Positions 58,107-64,000 of a DNA stretch of 64,000 nt are shown here, piece after piece. The stretch's first letter is position 1. Each line of letters opens with the position of its first letter. The stretch comes from an uncultured Pseudohongiella sp. (GTDB lineage Bacteria > Pseudomonadota > Gammaproteobacteria > Pseudomonadales > Pseudohongiellaceae). The DNA is taken from NCBI GenBank assembly GCA_902537815.1, contig CACBCS010000001.1, positions 19,213-83,212 of the forward strand, written 5' to 3'. The notes beneath the pieces are model-generated. The model saw nothing but the letters and a program-made list of their open reading frames with translations, did not search any database and was not told the origin of the DNA. The position numbers and the translations under genes were made by a program.

Positions 58107-59396
58107 TTAATCGATGATTGCCTGATAAATTCCACTTCGGAGTTTGCTGTAATCGTCTATTCCCTGTGCCGGGATCAGTTGAGTCAGATAAACCACAACC
58201 AGTTCTTCAGACGGGTCTACCCAGTAGGTTGTATGGTAGGCGCCTCCCCAGCCATACTCTCCCTCAGAGCCGAGAATGCCTCTCTCACCCAGATCAGTGA
58301 CAACAAAAAAACCCAGACCAAACCCCTGGCCATCGCGGAACGGTATGCCTCCAAGATGATCAGTTGTCATCAGTTCGATCGTCCTACGCGACAGGATGCG
58401 CTGCCCGTCCAGCTCGCCACCGTTCAGAGTCATTTGCAGAAATCGGGCGTAGTCTTTTGCGGTGGGAACCAGGCCGGCGCCGCCGGAGAATGAGGTATTA
58501 GGACCGCTGCCCTTCACCTAGAGACCCTGACTCTGCATGCCGTCGCTGCTGTCGATCGCACGTATGCCGCCTCCTGGTGCGGGCTCATAAACAACAGCGA
58601 GTCGCGCTGCTTTGTCTTCTGGCAGAAAAAAATGGGTGTCGGTCATTGCCAGGCGTTCAAACAGCTCTTCGGTCATAAAGGTGCTCAGATCTTTGCCGCT
58701 GGCGACCTCTATCACAGCGCCCAGGATGTCTGTGTTGTACCCGTAAATGTATTCCTCTCCCGGATGCTGGTCCAGGGGCAGGGCGGCCATCCGCTTGATG
58801 GACTCCAGAACCGGTTCAGTTCTGTCAGCAAAGTACCATCCCTGAAAACCTGCTTGCCGCCACTGATCCCGCGCCGGACCGCTGCCATAGCTGACCCCGC
58901 CAGTGTGGGTAAGCAGGTGGCGAATGGTGATGGGTCGTCTGGCGTCTTCCAGGCGATAGCTGCCGTTCGCTTCGCTAACGGCAACTTTCATGTGTTCCCA
59001 TTCTGGGATATCGCGACTCAGAGGGTGGCTGATATCAAGCTGGCCGCGCTCATGGAGTATCATGATGCCGGTGCTCATCAGTGCTTTTGTCTGAGAGGCG
59101 ATCCGGAAAATGGAATCTTCACTCATGGGGATCCCTGCTGCCTTGTCCTGCCAGCCGTTAGCAGCCGAAAAAACTACCCGACCCTTACGCAGTACCATGG
59201 CAACCTGACCGGCAAGCTGTTCATTCTCTACATATGATTTCAAGACCGTATCCAGACAGTCGAGCCGTTCTGATGACATGCCGGCTCGCTCCGGCCTGAC
59301 GTGGGAAAAGTCGGCGGCAAAACCGAGTTGCGCGGTGGCGAGCAGTACAACTGTGATAGTGGTGAATAGGCGTAAAAAGGGGAGCAGTGCTCTCAT
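58107..59396 (-). pseudogene. serine hydrolase (beta-lactamase/transpeptidase-like, PF00144-type) interrupted by an in-frame TAG
   Basis: ORFs 58518..59396 and 58107..58517 abut in the same frame around TAG 58518-58520. The N-terminal part has a signal peptide and SQTK (SxxK). The C-terminal part continues the fold (SGGAGLVPTAKDYARFLQM). Confidence 0.7.
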
Positions 59397-59567
59397 AGCC
59401 TCAGTGTCCTCTGTAATGATGATTCATCCATGCCCGGATGATTTGAGGGATTCTTATTCTGATCTTCTGACTATCTCTGAATAGAGCAAAAAAAACAATG
59501 TTGAATTCAGGCCGCAGGATCGTGCTGAGACAGAAAGCGGGCTAGCAATTCCGCTCCCGGAGCACAT

Positions 59568-60584
59568 TCAGGGCAGCTCATTCTCGAAAAAAATGGCAAG
59601 ACGGAGGCCGGCCAGCCCGAGCCTCTGGCGGGAAATATTCTGCATCAGGGCGACATAGACGTCGTCCAGTGTTTGGCCGGAAAGACCGGTGTTGCTACTT
59701 TCAGCGTCAAGAATCGCTTCGCGCAGATCTGCGGGATAAACAGATGTCTGCAGAATGCTCCGGCTTTCGTTCATCCAGGCCGTCCAGTCGCTTTCAACGC
59801 CCTGAATCGTCGGCCTTGAAAATCCGGTGACCCGTGAAACAAGAATTGGCAGCTCCTGGCTGACTCCGCTCGCAGTCAGCGCCCTGTCCCAACGGGCATG
59901 CAGGTTGCCGTCGCCGATCCGGATTGCGTTTCCCCCTCTGTCTCCGGTCTCGAACAGAGAAGCGGTATAAAGCGAACCGGTATGCAAGGGCTGGTGAATG
60001 TCACCGATAAGATGCAGCACCCAGCACAAGGCGATTGCGCGCGCCGGCGCCGGTGCGGAAGCGTTGCTTAGCACCGACGCGTTGTAGTCAATGCCGGTAA
60101 CCACATTGGATACCTTCTCTTCGCTGTCTACCCCGCCTCGGTCGATGCCATCAACGTCGGCGAACGCGTCGATGTCCAGATAGACATTGCCCTGGAAGGG
60201 TGCCGAGTCTCTGATCCAGGCGCCGTCGGTGTAGTGCCATGAAGGGCGGTTGTATCGTGCGCGTTCCTCAACAGGCAGGCCGCGGGCAATGTCTGGCCAG
60301 AATGCGGCCTGACCAAGCAGCCACTGCGTCATCTGCTCTTCGTTATCGCGATCAATGTAGCCCGGCATCTGATCAATGAAGTCCTGCTGATAGCGAGGGT
60401 GCGCTCGCAAGATGCGCATTAATTCAGCAGCAGTGTCCGGTTCCATGAATTCCAGCGCCACTGCAGCGCTGAGCCGGTGGCCCACCGAATCCCAGGCAAG
60501 CGCAGGGACGCCCCAACTGAGGAATATCAGGAGTAGCGGTGGAAGCAGCCGGATACGAATTGAACGTGTCAGTTGCCGAGTCAT
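59568..60584 (-). CDS. secreted S1/P1-type nuclease
   Basis: Signal peptide then AWDSVGHRLSAAVA. HLIGDIHQPLH zinc-binding motif. Start taken at the internal ATG so it does not overlap the thiolase. Confidence 0.75.
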   Translation of the reverse strand: MTRQLTRSIRIRLLPPLLLIFLSWGVPALAWDSVGHRLSAAVALEFMEPDTAAELMRILRAHPRYQQDFIDQMPGYIDRDNEEQMTQWLLGQAAFWPDIARGLPVEERARYNRPSWHYTDGAWIRDSAPFQGNVYLDIDAFADVDGIDRGGVDSEEKVSNVVTGIDYNASVLSNASAPAPARAIALCWVLHLIGDIHQPLHTGSLYTASLFETGDRGGNAIRIGDGNLHARWDRALTASGVSQELPILVSRVTGFSRPTIQGVESDWTAWMNESRSILQTSVYPADLREAILDAESSNTGLSGQTLDDVYVALMQNISRQRLGLAGLRLAIFFENELP

Positions 60585-60633
60585 TCTGGGTTCCCGGGAG
60601 CTGTGGGTGCAAAAGCACCCACGGCAGGCCGCT

Positions 60634-61818
60634 TTAGTAAACTTCGAAAAGTCCGGCAGCACCCATGCCCCCGCCAACGCACATGGTGCAGACGACGTAT
60701 TTCGCCCCCCGGCGCTTACCCTCGATCAGTGCGTGACCGACCATGCGGGCGCCACTCATACCGTACGGGTGGCCAATTGAAATCGCGCCACCATTAACAT
60801 TCAGCAGTTCATTGGGTATCCCCAGTTCGTCCCGGCAGTAGATTACCTGCACGGCAAATGCTTCATTCAGCTCCCACAGGCCAATGTCGTCCATGGACAG
60901 ATTGAAGCGCTCCAGCAGTGTCGGGACGGCTTTAACCGGGCCAATGCCCATTTCATCAGGTTCGACTCCGGCAACTGCCATGCCACGATAGGCACCGAGC
61001 GGTTTCAGGCCTTTCTGCTCGGCCAGTTTGCTGTCCATCACTACGGAAGCAGAGGCACCATCAGACAGCTGGCTGGCATTTCCCGCGGTAATAACCCCAC
61101 CCTCGAATACCGGCTTCAATCCGTTCAGCCCTTCAAGGGTCGTTGTGGGTCGGTTGCCTTCGTCTTTTTCGAGATGAACATCGTGGACGCTCTGCTCTTT
61201 GGTTTCTTTGTCAACGAAGACCATTTTCGAATGCAGAGGTGCGAGTTCTGCATCGAAGGCACCTGCCTGCTGAGCGGAGGCGGTCCGCTGCTGACTTTGC
61301 AGCGCGTATTCGTCCTGCTGCTCGCGGCTGATTTTGTAGCGCTTGGCGACAACCTCGGCAGTCTCCAGCATCGACATATAAGCGTGCTCGGACTTATCAG
61401 TGACGCTGGGGCTTTGTGCGCGGAAGCCATTGCGATGTTCGTTCTGCACCAGACTGATAGTGTCCAGCCCTGCTCCGATCACAATGGGCATGTTGTCATT
61501 GACGACCTGCTTGGCGGCAGTACAGATTGCCATCATGCCCGATGCGCACTGTCGATCTATGCTCATGCCTGAGACTGAGCTCGGCAGCCCTGCTGCAACA
61601 GCTGCCGTTCTGCCGATGTTGTAGCCTGATGTGCCTTGCTGCATGGCGCAGCCCATGATGACGTCATCGACCTCACCCGGCTCGATCCCTGCCCGGCGGA
61701 CTGCTTCAGCAATCACGTGGCCGCCAAGTGTGGGGGCGTCGGTATCATTGAAAGCCCCTCTGTAGGCTCTGCCGATAGGTGTTCTTGCGGTTGCTACGAT
61801 TACTGCTTCTTTTGTCAT
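60634..61818 (-). CDS. acetyl-CoA C-acyltransferase (thiolase)
   Basis: 394 aa. DRQCASGM active-site Cys, and [17 protein letters not shown] / CVGGGMG motifs. Confidence 0.9.
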   Translation of the reverse strand: MTKEAVIVATARTPIGRAYRGAFNDTDAPTLGGHVIAEAVRRAGIEPGEVDDVIMGCAMQQGTSGYNIGRTAAVAAGLPSSVSGMSIDRQCASGMMAICTAAKQVVNDNMPIVIGAGLDTISLVQNEHRNGFRAQSPSVTDKSEHAYMSMLETAEVVAKRYKISREQQDEYALQSQQRTASAQQAGAFDAELAPLHSKMVFVDKETKEQSVHDVHLEKDEGNRPTTTLEGLNGLKPVFEGGVITAGNASQLSDGASASVVMDSKLAEQKGLKPLGAYRGMAVAGVEPDEMGIGPVKAVPTLLERFNLSMDDIGLWELNEAFAVQVIYCRDELGIPNELLNVNGGAISIGHPYGMSGARMVGHALIEGKRRGAKYVVCTMCVGGGMGAAGLFEVY

Positions 61819-61833
61819 GTTTTGCTCCGGTTA

Positions 61834-62355
61834 CTAATTTTCGACCACGAGTTGCAAGACCTGCTCTATCGCATTTCTGGCCAATTCTTTCATCTCCTCA
61901 TCCGTCCTGTCCTGAATAGGATGCGGAACGAATACGCTTTTAGGGTGGATGCCCAGGGAATTTCCCTGCGCTTCTGCTGCCTGTATAAATTCAGCAGAGG
62001 CAACGAATCCGGCGGGAATGCCGCGACTTTCAAGATCCATGATGTCATGCAAACTGCACGAGGTACATGAGCCTCAGTCGGCCAACCCTTCAATGACGGC
62101 ATCGCATTCACTGCTGATCCGCTGGTAAAGCTCTTTGGGTGCCACACGAGCGAATGTCGGCTTGGCGTACCTGAGTACTGTCGCCCCCAACGCTTCAAGT
62201 TCGACCTGGACCTCATCGAGAAATTCCTTGCCGCGTGGTTTGGAAATATCCAACAGGCCAACGGTTGTTTCACGTAGTGTGTCCAGGCGAGGCAGAAGTT
62301 GCCGTTCCGCCGGACTGTGTTCGCTGGTCGGGTCCAGCATCGTCATAGTGCTCAT
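61834..62355 (-). CDS. UGSC-type selenoprotein, UGA (62074-62076) read as selenocysteine; 173 aa
   Basis: Two same-frame ORFs are separated only by TGA plus 7 sense codons. The junction reads ...EGLAD-U-GSCTSCSLHD... (UxxCxxC). The downstream half lacks its own ATG/GTG and RBS. selD is present in the window. Confidence 0.75.
62045..62070 (-). promoter_or_regulatory. candidate SECIS hairpin 3' of the UGA (hand-folded)
   Basis: mRNA +7..+13 UCAUGUA pairs with +26..+32 UGCAUGA. A small apical loop CGUGC lies about 17-21 nt after UGA. Confidence 0.3.
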
Positions 62356-62366
62356 TTGAGTCTCCG

Positions 62367-63803
62367 TTATTGAATGCGTTGAGAGACAAGTTGACTGCCT
62401 CTTTCTCCGGAAGCCACCCAGCCGCTGATGATGGCCGAAAACATGCCGGCCGTGCCGCCAGCAGTAACAATGTGCAGGCCATCGTCCCGGAATTTGCTCA
62501 GTAATTTGTCTTTCAGTCTGTCCGGCATGCCTTCTGCGATGCCGCCGGTCCCGCTGACGAGATCAGCGCCCGGGGTAACCAGTTCGTCGTGAATGGCCTG
62601 CAGTAAATCCTGCTTGTGCCATCCGTTCGTTCGCAGCACCTGTCTGTGTTCGGGGCAGACCACAAGCACGGCATCAGCCAGACCGAACTTTTTGACATGT
62701 ACGACGGATCGCAGGCTGGAAGCCATGCTTTTCGCCAACGATTCAGGAGTCCGCGACAGCTGATCCAGAATGGGCTGCACGCCGTCACCCGCGAACAGGC
62801 TGACTACGGATTCCTCGCGCGAGTATCCCTGATCCATGGCAAGTGTAGACCACGCGTCATCTGACTCATCTTCCGCAAAGCAAAAGGTGTATTTGCCGGG
62901 ATTTCCGAGGGTCGCCCGGTCGATGCCGCCGGGTTTGCCGCCACCGACATTTCTGATCAGCAACTGGAGAGCTCTGCCGATGGTTGCATTGGCGCGGTTG
63001 CCCTGACCCAGTGCATTGCCCCCTGAATTCATGCCGATATGTCTGCTTTCAGGACCGTTAACGATAACAACAGGTGATGAGAAATAGGTGGTACACAGCA
63101 GGCCATGCATGCAGAAGCGATCCTGCAGTGCAGCTCTCACAACGGCAACGACGGTCGGGAAATATTCGGGCTTACAACCGGCCATGACGGCATTGATCGC
63201 CACTTTCTCGACGCTGCAGGGGATGTTGTCCGGTGGCACGATGCCGATCAGCTCATCGGCTTCCAGTTCGGTTCCGGCCAGCATTCGCATGACCCGCACA
63301 GGCGTCGGCGGAACGACAGGCAGGCCGTCTGACCAACCGCGGTCGAAGCAGGCTTCCATGTCGTCTTCAGCGTTGGCAAGCTGGATACGTCGTGCTTTGA
63401 GTTTTTGACTGTTAAATTTGGCGGCCAGCTTTTCAGCCATTCCGGGGTCTTCGGTCAGAGAGCCGCAACCCGGTTTGAAATCGATGAGCTCGGCTCCAAG
63501 CTCGGGAATGCCGGTAAAGTCCTGCCACTGCTGCTTGTCCCAACCGACGATGCGCTGTTCGTCTTCATCATGGCGGATCAGGGTTGGCACGATCTCTATG
63601 TTCTGCCGGTAGGATTGTTCTAACTCGCCGTCGTCAATCCGCTGGGCAATCCCTTCGAGGAAAGACATGTCGTCCTGAATATAAACAGACAGTCGACTGC
63701 CGAGGTGTTCGGACAGCAGTTTGGCGACAGGCCCGATCAGTTCACAAGTCGGGCAGGATTTTTTCAAGAAAAGCGAGTAGCTGGCGGCAGTTGATGAAGG
63801 CAT
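62367..63803 (-). CDS. thioredoxin-fold (CPTC) domain fused to a large domain of unknown function
   Basis: 478 aa. N-terminus LFLKKSCPTCELIGPV...VPTLI resembles a Trx-like CxxC fold. I cannot assign the remainder (GWSDGLPVVPPT, NATIGRALQLLIRNVGGGKPGG). A GGAG RBS and an 11-nt spacer lead to the selenoprotein gene. Confidence 0.6.
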   Translation of the reverse strand: MPSSTAASYSLFLKKSCPTCELIGPVAKLLSEHLGSRLSVYIQDDMSFLEGIAQRIDDGELEQSYRQNIEIVPTLIRHDEDEQRIVGWDKQQWQDFTGIPELGAELIDFKPGCGSLTEDPGMAEKLAAKFNSQKLKARRIQLANAEDDMEACFDRGWSDGLPVVPPTPVRVMRMLAGTELEADELIGIVPPDNIPCSVEKVAINAVMAGCKPEYFPTVVAVVRAALQDRFCMHGLLCTTYFSSPVVIVNGPESRHIGMNSGGNALGQGNRANATIGRALQLLIRNVGGGKPGGIDRATLGNPGKYTFCFAEDESDDAWSTLAMDQGYSREESVVSLFAGDGVQPILDQLSRTPESLAKSMASSLRSVVHVKKFGLADAVLVVCPEHRQVLRTNGWHKQDLLQAIHDELVTPGADLVSGTGGIAEGMPDRLKDKLLSKFRDDGLHIVTAGGTAGMFSAIISGWVASGERGSQLVSQRIQ

Positions 63804-63828
63804 GATGTCAGTCGCAGGGAGATAGAGG

Positions 63829-64000
63829 TCAGTAGATGAAACCCAGTGTAGAGATGCCGACCAGTACGTTGATAATCATGAAGATCGAAGAGGTGCGCGA
63901 CATCACTTTCCAGAGCTGTGGCCCTTTGTAGGCAGCCTTGATTCCCAGAATCAACAGAAAGGTGTAGGCCAGTGCTGTGACGACGATGCCCAGATATAGC
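63829..64000 (-). CDS. C-terminal end of a small hydrophobic membrane protein (5' end outside the window)
   Basis: The minus frame is open from the window edge to TGA at 63829-63831. The tail is LYLGIVVTALAYTFLLILGIKAAYKGPQLWKVMSRTSSIFMIINVLVGISTLGFIY, two TM helices. Confidence 0.4.
   Translation of the reverse strand, partial: LYLGIVVTALAYTFLLILGIKAAYKGPQLWKVMSRTSSIFMIINVLVGISTLGFIY

Noticed and set aside
58518-58520. TAG (and the TAA at 22266) as evidence of stop-codon reassignment or pyrrolysine
   Set aside because: TAG and TAA terminate many intact genes in the window (for example mreC and rng end in TAG). No pyl genes are seen. Isolated nonsense lesions or sequencing errors are the simpler explanation.
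60585-60677. Extension of the S1/P1 nuclease ORF overlapping the thiolase 3' end
   Set aside because: The signal peptide starts at the internal Met (MTRQLTRSIRIRLLPPLLLIFLSWG). The upstream residues are the out-of-frame tail of the thiolase gene.

Overview
Chromosomal segment with gene content and synteny typical of a gammaproteobacterium, probably a marine type. It holds about 60 densely packed genes. I saw no rRNA, tRNA, CRISPR array, IS element or prophage. Four blocks are visible. (1) 1-15.4 kb is a housekeeping core: prmC (5' partial), moeB, rhlB, gatCAB, then mreBCD-maf-rng-yhdP in the classical E. coli order. (2) 15.5-39.3 kb is mixed accessory metabolism and envelope genes. It includes a TetR plus a lone ExbD, an aldolase/SDR fusion next to mtnA, HIT, glutaminyl cyclase, yjbQ, a lipoprotein aminopeptidase and a TPR protein. 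It also holds an FAD-oxidoreductase::SelD fusion, a patatin-like lipase, a PaaI thioesterase, HAD, amidohydrolase, an SSS transporter, a ThDP enzyme, DUF4105, an esterase and a Pal-like lipoprotein. (3) 39.5-54.5 kb is a large acyl-CoA/beta-oxidation-type cluster. It has six acyl-CoA dehydrogenase paralogues (two tandem pairs), a thiolase, a FadB-like bifunctional enzyme and a Zn-ADH. It also has a kinase/phosphatase/SDR module resembling the lva and ACAD10/11 4-hydroxyacyl-CoA route. (4) 54.8-64 kb holds small enzymes and secreted hydrolases. At the 3' end lies the most interesting locus. Two called ORFs are really one gene joined by an in-frame UGA, giving a U-G-S-C-T-S-C (UxxCxxC) selenoprotein. 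It sits in an apparent operon after a 478-aa CxxC thioredoxin-fold fusion protein of unknown function and before a thiolase, and selD is in the same window. Three genes carry apparent lesions: TAA at codon 4 of yjbQ, an in-frame TAG in a serine hydrolase, and a frameshift in a small membrane protein. All calls come from reading the translations and sequence by eye; no database search was run.
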